Shown one piece after another: positions 1 through 8,304 of a stretch of DNA of 39,356 bases. Made by a program: the position numbers and the translations under genes. Location: assembly GCA_021157735.1 (NCBI GenBank), contig JAGGVZ010000019.1, positions 1 through 39,356 on the forward strand, written 5' to 3'. The notes under the pieces are model-generated. The model was not told where the DNA came from. It saw only the letters and a program-made list of their open reading frames with translations, and did no database searches. Numbering within the stretch: the stretch's first letter is position 1; each line of letters begins with the position of its first letter. This stretch comes from a bacterium. Its GTDB lineage: Bacteria; Patescibacteriota; Microgenomatia; UBA12405; BS750m-G30.

Positions 1-69
1 GGTAATATCAATAATATCAGTGAAACCGCGGGTAGAAACGTGTATTTTAAACATTTTTTTAATTTTAAC

Positions 70-687
70 ATGGAAGACAATGACTCCCTGGCAAAAATTG
101 CCGCCGAGATTAAAGCCTGCCGCAAATGTCCTTTAGGAAAAACTGCCCACCGGGCTGTTCCCGGAGAAGGCAATCCTGAGGCAGAAATTATGTTTATTGG
201 CGAAGCGCCGGGATACTGGGAAGACCAACGGGGAATTCCTTTCTGCGGCGCGGCGGGCAACCTTCTCAACGAACTTCTGGCAAGTATTAATCTTAAAAGA
301 GAAGATATTTTTATTACCAATATTCTTAAACACCGCCCTCCCAACAATCGTGATCCCCTTCCCGGAGAGATAAAACTCTGTTCTCCCTTTTTAAAAAGGC
401 AGCTGCTGGTAATAAAACCAAAAGTGGTGATTACTTTGGGAAGGTTTGCGATGAACTTTTTTCTCCCTAATCTCTACATCTCCCGAGCTCACGGCCAACC
501 CCGAAAGATTACTTGGGAAGGAATTCCCCTTTTGATAATTCCTCTTTTCCACCCCGCCGCTGCCTTAAGAAATGGTGAAGTAATGGAAAAGTTAAAAGAA
601 GATTTTCTTAAAATTCCCCAAATCATCAAAGAAGCAACCAATCCTCCCCCAAAAGAGGAAACTCCTATCCAAGGGAGTCTTTTTTAA
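70..687 (+). CDS. Uracil-DNA glycosylase, family 4
   Basis: ORF 40..687 opens on GTG; the first ATG is at 70. Family-4 UDG signatures are present: N-terminal CRKCPLG Cys pair, GEGNPEAEIMFIGEAPG motif, and HPAAALR near the C-terminus. Confidence 0.85.
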   Translation: MEDNDSLAKIAAEIKACRKCPLGKTAHRAVPGEGNPEAEIMFIGEAPGYWEDQRGIPFCGAAGNLLNELLASINLKREDIFITNILKHRPPNNRDPLPGEIKLCSPFLKRQLLVIKPKVVITLGRFAMNFFLPNLYISRAHGQPRKITWEGIPLLIIPLFHPAAALRNGEVMEKLKEDFLKIPQIIKEATNPPPKEETPIQGSLF

Positions 688-1244
688 TTCTTCCTGCTCA
701 CATATTCTCCGGTTTCGGTGTTGATAACAATCTTTTCTCCTTTTTTGATAAAAAGAGGGACTTTCACTTCCATCCCGTTCTCCAAAATTGCTGGTTTGGT
801 CGCCCCGGTTACCGTATCCCCCCTCACCGCGTTTTCTGTTTTTACCACCGTAAAAACCATCTTTTTGGGAAGTTTAAGAGAAATGACTTCTCCCTCCCAA
901 ACCGCCAAAATATATTCCTTGCCCTCCTGAAGGTACTTCTCTGCCTCGCCAACAACATTTTTTCCGACCTCAATTTGTTCGTAGCTGTGAGGGTCCATAA
1001 AAACAAACTCATTTCCTGTTTTGTAAAGAAATTGAACATGGCGATGATAAACCTCAATCTCTTCCACCATTTCATCGGTCTTAAGAACCTCACGAACAAC
1101 ATTACCAGTTTTTACTCCCTTCAGTTTCAGCCTTACTACCGCCGCTCCTTTTCCCGGATTAAAAAACTCTTTATCCACCACCAAAACTGGTTCTCCTCGC
1201 CATTGCAAAAACATTCCCTTGGTAATACTTCCTGCTTTAATCAT
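684..1244 (-). CDS. efp: Elongation factor P
   Basis: 186 aa. The N-terminal loop NPGKGAAVVRLKLK carries the conserved modifiable Lys. Length matches the three-domain EF-P architecture. Its 3' end overlaps the convergent UDG gene by 4 nt. Confidence 0.93.
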   Translation of the reverse strand: MIKAGSITKGMFLQWRGEPVLVVDKEFFNPGKGAAVVRLKLKGVKTGNVVREVLKTDEMVEEIEVYHRHVQFLYKTGNEFVFMDPHSYEQIEVGKNVVGEAEKYLQEGKEYILAVWEGEVISLKLPKKMVFTVVKTENAVRGDTVTGATKPAILENGMEVKVPLFIKKGEKIVINTETGEYVSRKN

Positions 1245-1262
1245 AAGAAGTATTTTAACACA

Positions 1263-2282
1263 TCAAAAAATTTCCTCACCGGCAAAAAGCACCACCTCTT
1301 TAATATCTGTTTTGTTGGCAAAAATCATCACCAAGCGATCTATCCCTAAAGCCACTCCACTGCAAGGAGGAAGGCCGCTTTTTAAAGCCGCCAAGAAATC
1401 CTCGTCTGGCCTCACTTTTATCTTTCCCATCTCTTTTCTTCTCTTCATTTCTTCGGCAAAGCGCTTTTTCTGTTCTTGGTAATCAGTCAATTCGTTGTAG
1501 GCATCAGCCAGTTCTATTCCAAAAAGATAAAGTTCAAACCTTTGTTTTACCCGAGGATTAGCGGGATTGGTTTTGGCTAAAGGAGCAAACTGGGCAGGGA
1601 AATCATAGATAATCGTGGGTTGGTTTTGGCCCAGATGAGGTTCAACTTCCTTTAGATAAATTAAGTTATAAATTACTTCCCAGTTGTCTTTCTTTCCTAT
1701 CCGGTAGCCCCGCTTTTGCGCTTCTTTCTTTAACAAGTCAGCATCAAAAAGAATCTTGCTGTCAATACCGGCATATTTTTTGAAAGCTTCAATGACAGAA
1801 ATCCGCGCAAACGGTTGGCTGATATCCAAAGTTTTCCCTTGATAGGTTAAAGTGGGCTGATTTTTATTAATAAATCTAATCAATCTTTCGCAATCATCCA
1901 TGGTTTGCCAATAGTCAGCTTTTACCCGATACCACTCCAAAAGAGTAAATTCAGGATTATGAAAATGTCCACCGATATCGGTATTACGAAAACTTTTGGT
2001 AATCTCAAAAATATTTCCTGAACCCGCCGCCAAAAGTTTTTTGTGCCAAATCTCCGGGGAAGGGGTAAGAAAAGCTGGAGATACCTTTCCCAGTCTATCT
2101 TTCAACTGAGTGGTGAAAACTTCCAGATAGGATTCGGGAATCAGTCGAGGAGAAAGAACTGGAGTTTGTACTTCCAAAAACCCCTCCCGGGCAAAAAACT
2201 CCCTTATCCGAGCAATGATTTCCGCCCGAAGGCGAAAGGTTTCCCATAAAGAAGGATTTTCTTTCAGCTGTTGCCAATTCAT
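1263..2282 (-). CDS. epmA: EF-P lysine ligase (EpmA/PoxA/GenX-type truncated class II LysRS paralog)
   Basis: 339 aa class II aaRS catalytic core without an anticodon-binding domain. LysRS-like motifs are present (FRNTDIGGHFHNPEFTLLEWY, FELYLFGIELADAYNEL, GLPPCSGVALGIDRL). It lies immediately upstream of efp on the same strand. Confidence 0.82.
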   Translation of the reverse strand: MNWQQLKENPSLWETFRLRAEIIARIREFFAREGFLEVQTPVLSPRLIPESYLEVFTTQLKDRLGKVSPAFLTPSPEIWHKKLLAAGSGNIFEITKSFRNTDIGGHFHNPEFTLLEWYRVKADYWQTMDDCERLIRFINKNQPTLTYQGKTLDISQPFARISVIEAFKKYAGIDSKILFDADLLKKEAQKRGYRIGKKDNWEVIYNLIYLKEVEPHLGQNQPTIIYDFPAQFAPLAKTNPANPRVKQRFELYLFGIELADAYNELTDYQEQKKRFAEEMKRRKEMGKIKVRPDEDFLAALKSGLPPCSGVALGIDRLVMIFANKTDIKEVVLFAGEEIF

Positions 2283-2285
2283 GGT

Positions 2286-2801
2286 TTACCATTGATCCCA
2301 GTGAACCTTTTCCGGGGAGTATTCATCATCTTGATGTTCTCCTGGGTAGCTGCTGGGGTAGCCGAGAGGGAAAAGAGCCACCACTCGAAATTTTGCCGGA
2401 ATACCCAGCAGTTGGCGAACAAACTCTTCGGAATCTTCTCCTGTTTGGCTTTGATGACCTCTTACCTGAATCCAGCAGGTTCCTAATCCCTGGTTGGTAG
2501 CTTCCAAATAAATATGGGCTCCAGCAATAGCCGCATCTTCCAACCACTCCCGGGAAAGTTCCTCATCAACACAGAGAACCAAAACCACCGGAGCTTTTGA
2601 GGCGAAATCCGCCCACGGCGTTGCCCGCGCCAGAGCCTCTTTTTTTTCTGGATCTTCCACGACCACAAATTCCCACGGTCGCCGATGAACAGCAGAAGGA
2701 GCAAACATCACCGCCTTCAAAATCTCTTCTATCTTCTCTTTTTCTACTGGTTTGTCCAAAAACTCCCGGATACTGCGTCGTTTTTTAATAACTGCCAGCA
2801 T
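2286..2801 (-). CDS. Nitroreductase family protein
   Basis: 171 aa. N-terminal RRSIREF motif and a GLGTCW segment are typical of FMN nitroreductase-fold proteins. Its stop is 4 nt from the epmA start. Confidence 0.78.
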   Translation of the reverse strand: MLAVIKKRRSIREFLDKPVEKEKIEEILKAVMFAPSAVHRRPWEFVVVEDPEKKEALARATPWADFASKAPVVLVLCVDEELSREWLEDAAIAGAHIYLEATNQGLGTCWIQVRGHQSQTGEDSEEFVRQLLGIPAKFRVVALFPLGYPSSYPGEHQDDEYSPEKVHWDQW

Positions 2802-2842
2802 AAAACTATTTTAGCATACCCTTTTTTGTTAAAATTAACTAA

Positions 2843-3703
2843 ATGGATACTTATCTTCGGCCGCCAGTATTCGCCGGTCGCTTTTACCCCGCCCCAAAAG
2901 AGGCCTTAGAAGAACAGTTAACTTCTTTATTTGCCGAAACCAAAAGGCTTGCTTTTCCGGGACCAATAAAATTCCTTCTTCTTCCCCATGCCGGGATAGT
3001 TTTCTCCGGCCTTACTGCCGCCTGGGGAGTAAGACAACTAGAAAAAGACCTTCCCGAACAAATAATTATCCTTGGTGTCAGCCACCGTGAATGGTTTTCT
3101 CACGCCGCTGTTTTTCCTAAAGGATATTGGGAAACTCCCTTGGGTAAAGTCCCTGTTTCCTCCCGTCTGCAAAAAAAGATTACCAACCAAAAAGAAATCA
3201 TCTCCGACCCCCAACCTCACCGGGAAGAACATTGCTTGGAGGTTATCCTCCCTTTCCTCCAATTTCTTCTCCCCCAGTTTGCCATTCTTCCTGTTTTGAT
3301 AAGTCAACCCCTTCCCACAGTCAAAAAAGCTCTTGCCGCTAAACTAGCAGCTTTCCTAAAAGAAGAGAAAACTCTCCTGATAGTTAGTTCTGATCTTTCC
3401 CACTATCCTCCTTTTTCCTTTGCCCAAAAAGCGGATGCCGCGGTAATTAAGGGAATTGTTACCGGAAAAGAAGCTCTTTTCCAAAAAGCTATCAAAGAGG
3501 TGGAAAACGCCCAATTTCCAGGATTAGAAACAGCTGCCTGTGGTCAAGAAGCGATTGGCATTGCTTTGAAGGCGGGAGAGAAGATAGCCTTAAAATATCG
3601 TTTGGTTAACTATCGCAATTCCGGTGACTCTCCTTGGGGAGAGAAAGACGCTGTTGTTGGTTATGCGGCCATTGCCGGCTACCAAAATGGTCAAAATTCT
3701 TGA
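2843..3703 (+). CDS. amrB: AmmeMemoRadiSam system protein B (MEMO1-like)
   Basis: 286 aa. N-terminal RPPVFAGRFYP motif, HAG and SHRE His-containing motifs, SSDLSHY, and a C-terminal VVGYAAI segment match the Memo family. Confidence 0.85.
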   Translation: MDTYLRPPVFAGRFYPAPKEALEEQLTSLFAETKRLAFPGPIKFLLLPHAGIVFSGLTAAWGVRQLEKDLPEQIIILGVSHREWFSHAAVFPKGYWETPLGKVPVSSRLQKKITNQKEIISDPQPHREEHCLEVILPFLQFLLPQFAILPVLISQPLPTVKKALAAKLAAFLKEEKTLLIVSSDLSHYPPFSFAQKADAAVIKGIVTGKEALFQKAIKEVENAQFPGLETAACGQEAIGIALKAGEKIALKYRLVNYRNSGDSPWGEKDAVVGYAAIAGYQNGQNS

Positions 3704-4250
3704 TAAAAAAGCTCAGAAAGAAGCCCTTGATATTGCCCGAAAAACCCTAGAGGCCTACTTTGCGGGTCAATCTTTCCAGCCCTCTGTTCGCTCTTCTTCT
3801 TTAAAAAAGAAAATGGGAGCATTTGTAACCCTGAAAAAAGAAGGGCAACTCCGGGGCTGTATCGGTCAATTTGCTCCCCCTTATCCTCTTTGGCAAACCA
3901 TCCAAAAGATGACCCTAGCCGCTGCTTTCCAAGACCCCCGCTTTCCTCCTTTACAACCAACAGAATTAGAACAAGTTACCATTGAGATTTCGGTGATGAC
4001 CCCCAGAAAACCAATTCGCCACTGGCAAGAAATTCGCTTAGGAGAGGATGGCGTGGTCATTGAAAAAGATGGCCGAGAGGGGGTGTTCCTTCCCCAAGTT
4101 GCTCAGGAAACAGGTTGGAGTTTGGAAGAGTTTCTCTCCCAACTCTGTTGGCAAAAAGCCGGCCTTCCTCCGGATTGTTATCGTCATCCGGAGACAAAGA
4201 TTTATACTTTCCAAGTGCAAATTATCACAGAGAAAAGAAAAACCTCTTGA
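3687..4250 (+). CDS. amrA: AmmeMemoRadiSam system protein A (AMMECR1 domain)
   Basis: ORF 3624..4250. The plausible start is ATG 3687 (MVKILDKK), overlapping the amrB stop. The AMMECR1 hallmark GAFVTLKKEGQLRGCIG and the motif DPRFPPL are present. Confidence 0.85.
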   Translation: MVKILDKKAQKEALDIARKTLEAYFAGQSFQPSVRSSSLKKKMGAFVTLKKEGQLRGCIGQFAPPYPLWQTIQKMTLAAAFQDPRFPPLQPTELEQVTIEISVMTPRKPIRHWQEIRLGEDGVVIEKDGREGVFLPQVAQETGWSLEEFLSQLCWQKAGLPPDCYRHPETKIYTFQVQIITEKRKTS

Positions 4251-4530
4251 GATCTACCTTCTTTTTGGCAACAAACCCCACCCCCTCCCTCAAGAGCTTT
4301 TCTTTCTGCTTTCGCCAACCCCCAAAAGCAAAGCTCTTGGCCAATTCTCCTTTGCGATTAACCACCCGATGGCAAGGAACGGCAGGGTCGCGGTTAGCAT
4401 GCAAAGCCCAACCCACCACCCGAGCATCAGCCAATCGCAAAGCCCGGGCAATTTCTCCATAGGTAGTTACCTTCCCCTGAGGAATCTTCTTCACCAACGA
4501 ATAAATCTGGGCAAAGGTATTCTTTTTCAT
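4225..4530 (-). CDS. MGMT-family protein (methylated-DNA-protein-cysteine methyltransferase DNA-binding/active-site domain only)
   Basis: 101 aa. VPCHRVV active-site motif with the Cys retained, and a helix-turn-helix segment TTYGEIARAL. It lacks the N-terminal Ada/Ogt domain. Confidence 0.8.
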   Translation of the reverse strand: MKKNTFAQIYSLVKKIPQGKVTTYGEIARALRLADARVVGWALHANRDPAVPCHRVVNRKGELAKSFAFGGWRKQKEKLLREGVGFVAKKKVDLKRFFFSL

Positions 4531-4561
4531 TTCCCCTTCACAAAGGGTGTAGAATAATTAT

Positions 4562-6229
4562 ATGGCACAACCAACTACTGTTAAAATCGTCGGCCCGGCA
4601 GGAACGGGGATAAAATCAATCGGCCGTCTTCTTTCCCGAATTCTTGCCAAGCATCGTTTCTTTCTCCACGATTATAGCGAATATCCTTCTTTGGTTCGAG
4701 GCGGACACAACACCTACCAAGTCAGTTTTTCTCCCCAAGAAAACTTTGCTGTCTTCAGGACCGTTGATTTTCTTTTCTCTCTTCAGCCAGGACATTGGCA
4801 AGAACACCAAAAAGAAATTTCTCCTCAGGGGCTAATCTTTAGTGAAGAAACTCCTCCTGCGGGGAAATTAAAAAAGAATTTCCTTTTTTTCCCCCTCAGC
4901 GAACTTGCCCGAGATCTTCCCCCCGTCGTTGCCAACACTGTCTCCTTGGGAGCAATTGGTTTTCTTTTAAACCTTAAAAAAGAGATTTGCCAAAACACCC
5001 TTGCCACCACTTTTCCCCAGGCGAAAAAAGAAAATCTCCGCGCTTTCCAAAAGGGATGGGAATTTGCCCAACAACACTGGTCGGAAAAAAGACTACCGCC
5101 TTTTTCTCAAGGAAAGGGGGAAAAAGAGATTGTCGATGGTAATGAAGCTTTTGGCTGGGGATTTCTCAAAGGAAAAGGGGATTTTTACGCTGCTTACCCA
5201 ATGACCCCTTCTACCGGTACCCTTCACTTCCTCGCTGAAAAACAAAAAGAAGCAAAAATAATTGTCCGCCACCCCGAAGATGAAATTGCTGTTGCTAATA
5301 TGGCCGCCGGAGCAGCTTTCGCCGGTGCCCGGGCCGCCGTAGGCACTTCCGGAGGCGGGCTGGCGCTGATGAATGAAACTATAAGCTTTTGCGGAATAGC
5401 AGAAATCGGGGTTGTCTTTTATCTTGTCCAAAGAGTTGGTCCGGCCACAGGAATGCCTACCTGGACCGCCCAAGGAGACCTTCTTTTTGCTGTCTTTTCT
5501 GGTCATGGAGAATTTCCCAAAGTAGTCATTGCCCCTGGCGATCAGAAAGAAAGTTTTCAGTTCTCTTGGCAGGCTTTAAATCTTGCCGCTGAATTACAAA
5601 CCCCAATAATAGTCGTTAGCGACAAGTTTCTGGCCGAATCCAGCGCCAACTTTTCCCTGGAAAAACAGCAAAAGGAAGTGAAAATAAAAAAGGGAAAAAT
5701 AGTCATTAATCCTCGTGAAGATTTTCGAAGATACTCCTGGCAAAACAAAGACGGTTGTTCCCCCCGCACCCTTCCGGGAACAAAAAACGGCGAGTTTCTT
5801 GCCAACAGTTATGAACATGATCAGAGCGGATTTTCCACCGAAAACGCTTTTGTAGCCGCGAAAATGGCCCAAAAAAGGATGAAAAAATTAAAAAAAGCTT
5901 TGCAAATCACCCCCAAACCGCAACTTTTTGGCAGACCCAAAAACTTAATCGTCAGCTGGGGGTCAACTAAAGGCAGTATTTTGGCGGCAATAAAAAATTC
6001 CTCAAAATGGGGATTTTTGCAAATAAAAACTCTCTGGCCCCTTCATCCTGAGATTGGCAAGATTCTTTCTCAAGCTCAAAAAATTGTTCTGGTGGAAAAC
6101 AACCAACTTGGTCAGCTGGAAACTTTGTTGAAAACACACTTTTCCTTTTCGGTAAAGAAAAGATTATTAAAGTTTACTGGTCGACCGTTCTTTCCCGAGG
6201 AGATAAAAAATGAACTGGAAAAAATTTGA
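4562..6229 (+). CDS. 2-oxoacid:ferredoxin oxidoreductase, fused gamma-alpha subunit
   Basis: 555 aa. The N-terminal gamma-type domain (IVGPAGTGIKSIG) is followed by an alpha domain (YPMTPST, AVGTSGGGLALM). It is followed by an overlapping beta-subunit gene. Confidence 0.82.
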   Translation: MAQPTTVKIVGPAGTGIKSIGRLLSRILAKHRFFLHDYSEYPSLVRGGHNTYQVSFSPQENFAVFRTVDFLFSLQPGHWQEHQKEISPQGLIFSEETPPAGKLKKNFLFFPLSELARDLPPVVANTVSLGAIGFLLNLKKEICQNTLATTFPQAKKENLRAFQKGWEFAQQHWSEKRLPPFSQGKGEKEIVDGNEAFGWGFLKGKGDFYAAYPMTPSTGTLHFLAEKQKEAKIIVRHPEDEIAVANMAAGAAFAGARAAVGTSGGGLALMNETISFCGIAEIGVVFYLVQRVGPATGMPTWTAQGDLLFAVFSGHGEFPKVVIAPGDQKESFQFSWQALNLAAELQTPIIVVSDKFLAESSANFSLEKQQKEVKIKKGKIVINPREDFRRYSWQNKDGCSPRTLPGTKNGEFLANSYEHDQSGFSTENAFVAAKMAQKRMKKLKKALQITPKPQLFGRPKNLIVSWGSTKGSILAAIKNSSKWGFLQIKTLWPLHPEIGKILSQAQKIVLVENNQLGQLETLLKTHFSFSVKKRLLKFTGRPFFPEEIKNELEKI

Positions 6230-6830
6230 TACCGGAAAAACACCCACCTGGTGTCCTGGCTGTCCCAATTACCTTCTTTGGCTAGCTTTAAAACAATCTC
6301 TGGCAGAGTTGAAACTTAAAAGAGAAAAGATTGTCATTGCCTATGACATTGGTTGTGCCGGCAATATGGCTGATTTTATTAAAACCTATGGAGTCCATAC
6401 CCTTCACGGAAGAGCTATTCCCGTGGCTATGGGGGTCAAATACTTCCGTCCTGAATTGACAGTAATTGTCGTTGGTGGTGATGGGGGAATATACGGCGAG
6501 GGGCTTAATCACCTCGTCACCGCTGCCCGCGCTAACATTGATATCACTGTTTTGGTCGCCAACAATCATCTTTACAGTTTAACTACCGGCCAAGCCAGTC
6601 CCACTACCCCCAAAGGGGCAGCTAGCAAATCAACTCCTCAAGGAACAGATTTAAATCCGCTCCCAGCGGTGGCAATGGTAAAAAAAGTCAACCCCCAAGT
6701 TCTGGCGGAAACTATCTCTCCCCAACAGCACCTAAAGGAAAAGATTAAAAAAGCGATTAAATTTCCCGGCTTTGCCCTTTTGGATATTGACCAAACCTGT
6801 GTCACCTTTGGAAAACTGCTCCGAAAATGA
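6210..6830 (+). CDS. 2-oxoacid:ferredoxin oxidoreductase, beta (TPP-binding) subunit, short form
   Basis: 206 aa. N-terminal TWCPGCPNY motif and TPP-binding motif VVGGDGGIYGEGLNHL. It overlaps the alpha gene by 20 nt. Confidence 0.82.
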   Translation: MNWKKFDTGKTPTWCPGCPNYLLWLALKQSLAELKLKREKIVIAYDIGCAGNMADFIKTYGVHTLHGRAIPVAMGVKYFRPELTVIVVGGDGGIYGEGLNHLVTAARANIDITVLVANNHLYSLTTGQASPTTPKGAASKSTPQGTDLNPLPAVAMVKKVNPQVLAETISPQQHLKEKIKKAIKFPGFALLDIDQTCVTFGKLLRK

Positions 6831-8143
6831 AAATCGGTGCCCACCTCTCCATTAAAGGAGAACTCAGCCATGCTCTAGAAGATGCCGTAAAAATTAAAGC
6901 CAACACCCTGCAAATTTTCTCCGGACCACCGCGAAGTTGGCTCTTCCCCCGGCGGTCAGAAAAAGAACTGGAGAAATTCCGTCAGTTAGCAAAAAAGAGG
7001 GGAATTTCACCCGTTTTTATCCATGCCAAATATTTAATCAATCTTGCCAGTCCCTACCGTTCTATCCGAGAAAAATCAATCCGCTCTCTTCTAGAAGACC
7101 TCTCCTTGGCAAAAAAGATTGGCGCCCAGGGAGTTATCTTCCACCCCCATCCCAAAAATCTCTCTCTTCTCCTCAAAAATCTGGCTATTGTCCTGCCGCA
7201 AATACCTCCACAGACATCTCTTATTCTGGAAAATTCAGCCCAAATGAAACTAGAAACTATCGGGAAAATTATCCGTCAGCTTTCTTCGCCTCAGTTAAAA
7301 TTTTGCCTGGATACTGCCCATGCTTTTGAGGCTGGCTATCGTCTTCCCGAGGCTCTGCAGATAATTAAGGAAAAAATCGGTTTTCAAAATTTAGTGGCTA
7401 TCCATATTAATGATTCCCAAACCCCGCAAGGCTCCTTTCACGACCAACACGCCGACATCGGCAAGGGGAAAATTAACCCGGAGGAGTTCTTTGTTCTTCT
7501 CAACCTTCCCTTTACCAAAAATCTTCCTTTTGTTCTGGAAACCCCGGCAGTTAAGAAAGAGGGGCTGGCTGGTGATAGGAAAAATATCAAGCAACTTTTA
7601 AAACTCCAAGGAAAGGTTTTAAAAAGAGACTTTTTTCTTCAAAACACTGTTGATGTTGCCAAAAAACTTCTGGGAAAATATCTGATTGTTAACCGTCACC
7701 AGCGGTTCCAGATAGGAAAAATTATGGAAACAGAAGCCTACTGTGGCCCTGATGATAAAGCCTCCCATGCCTCTCGAGGGAAAACCCCACGCACCAAAAT
7801 AATGTTTGGTCCACCGGGAAAATTATATGTTTATCTTATCTACGGAATGTATCACTGTCTCAATATCGTTACCGAAAAGAAGGGTTATCCCGCCGCTGTT
7901 TTAATCCGGGCAATTGAACCGGTTTGGGGAATTCAGGGAAAAACCGACGGGCCAGGAAAGCTCTGTCGAGAATTGGCAATCAAAAGAACTGATACCGGCT
8001 TGGACATCACCTCTCCCCAAAATGGTATTTATTTTAAAGATATTGGCCTCAAACCCAAAAAAATCATTGCCACCCCCAGAATTGGCGTTGATTATGCCGG
8101 AGAATGGGCAAAAAAGAAGTGGCGATTTGTCGCTCAGTTCTAA
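6827..8143 (+). CDS. Fusion protein: endonuclease IV (Nfo, AP endonuclease 2 TIM barrel) + 3-methyladenine/methylpurine DNA glycosylase (Mpg/AAG family)
   Basis: 438 aa. Residues ~1-262 carry the Nfo metal-ligand series (HAKYLINL, IFHPH, LENS, CLDTAH, IHINDS, HADIG, LETP). Residues ~265-438 carry Mpg motifs (ETEAYCGPDDKASHASRGKTPRTKIMFGPPGKLYVYLIYGMYHCLN, GPGKLC). The frame is uninterrupted. Confidence 0.85.
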   Translation: MKIGAHLSIKGELSHALEDAVKIKANTLQIFSGPPRSWLFPRRSEKELEKFRQLAKKRGISPVFIHAKYLINLASPYRSIREKSIRSLLEDLSLAKKIGAQGVIFHPHPKNLSLLLKNLAIVLPQIPPQTSLILENSAQMKLETIGKIIRQLSSPQLKFCLDTAHAFEAGYRLPEALQIIKEKIGFQNLVAIHINDSQTPQGSFHDQHADIGKGKINPEEFFVLLNLPFTKNLPFVLETPAVKKEGLAGDRKNIKQLLKLQGKVLKRDFFLQNTVDVAKKLLGKYLIVNRHQRFQIGKIMETEAYCGPDDKASHASRGKTPRTKIMFGPPGKLYVYLIYGMYHCLNIVTEKKGYPAAVLIRAIEPVWGIQGKTDGPGKLCRELAIKRTDTGLDITSPQNGIYFKDIGLKPKKIIATPRIGVDYAGEWAKKKWRFVAQF

Positions 8144-8170
8144 AATAATTATGTTATAATTTCTATACTG

Positions 8171-8244
8171 GGGCGGTTAGCTCAGTTGGCTAGAGCGTTC
8201 GCTTGACGTGCGAAAGGTCAGAGGTTCGAGTCCTCTACCGCCCA
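8171..8244 (+). tRNA. tRNA-Val (anticodon GAC)
   Basis: Manual cloverleaf: acceptor GGGCGGU/ACCGCCC, D arm GCUC/GAGC, anticodon stem UUCGC/GCGAA with loop UUGACGU, T arm AGAGG-UUCGAGU-CCUCU, discriminator A. No encoded CCA. Confidence 0.9.
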
Positions 8245-8304
8245 CAAAAACTTCTCCTCTTGGAAAAATTTTTTGAGGAAACTTCCAGAAGAACCCCATT
8301 TGTT

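Noticed and set aside
40-69. GTG start of the UDG ORF
   Set aside because: The ten extra codons (YFKHFFNFN) look like AT-rich upstream sequence, so ATG 70 is preferred. Either choice leaves the call unchanged.
3624-3686. Upstream extension of the AMMECR1 ORF
   Set aside because: It would overlap amrB by 80 nt in another frame. ATG 3687 gives the usual short overlap and a normal AMMECR1 N-terminus.
4048-4557. 169-aa and 115-aa plus-strand ORFs overlapping amrA and the MGMT-like gene
   Set aside because: They are out-of-frame or antisense overlaps with two genes that carry clear family motifs, and they have no motifs of their own.
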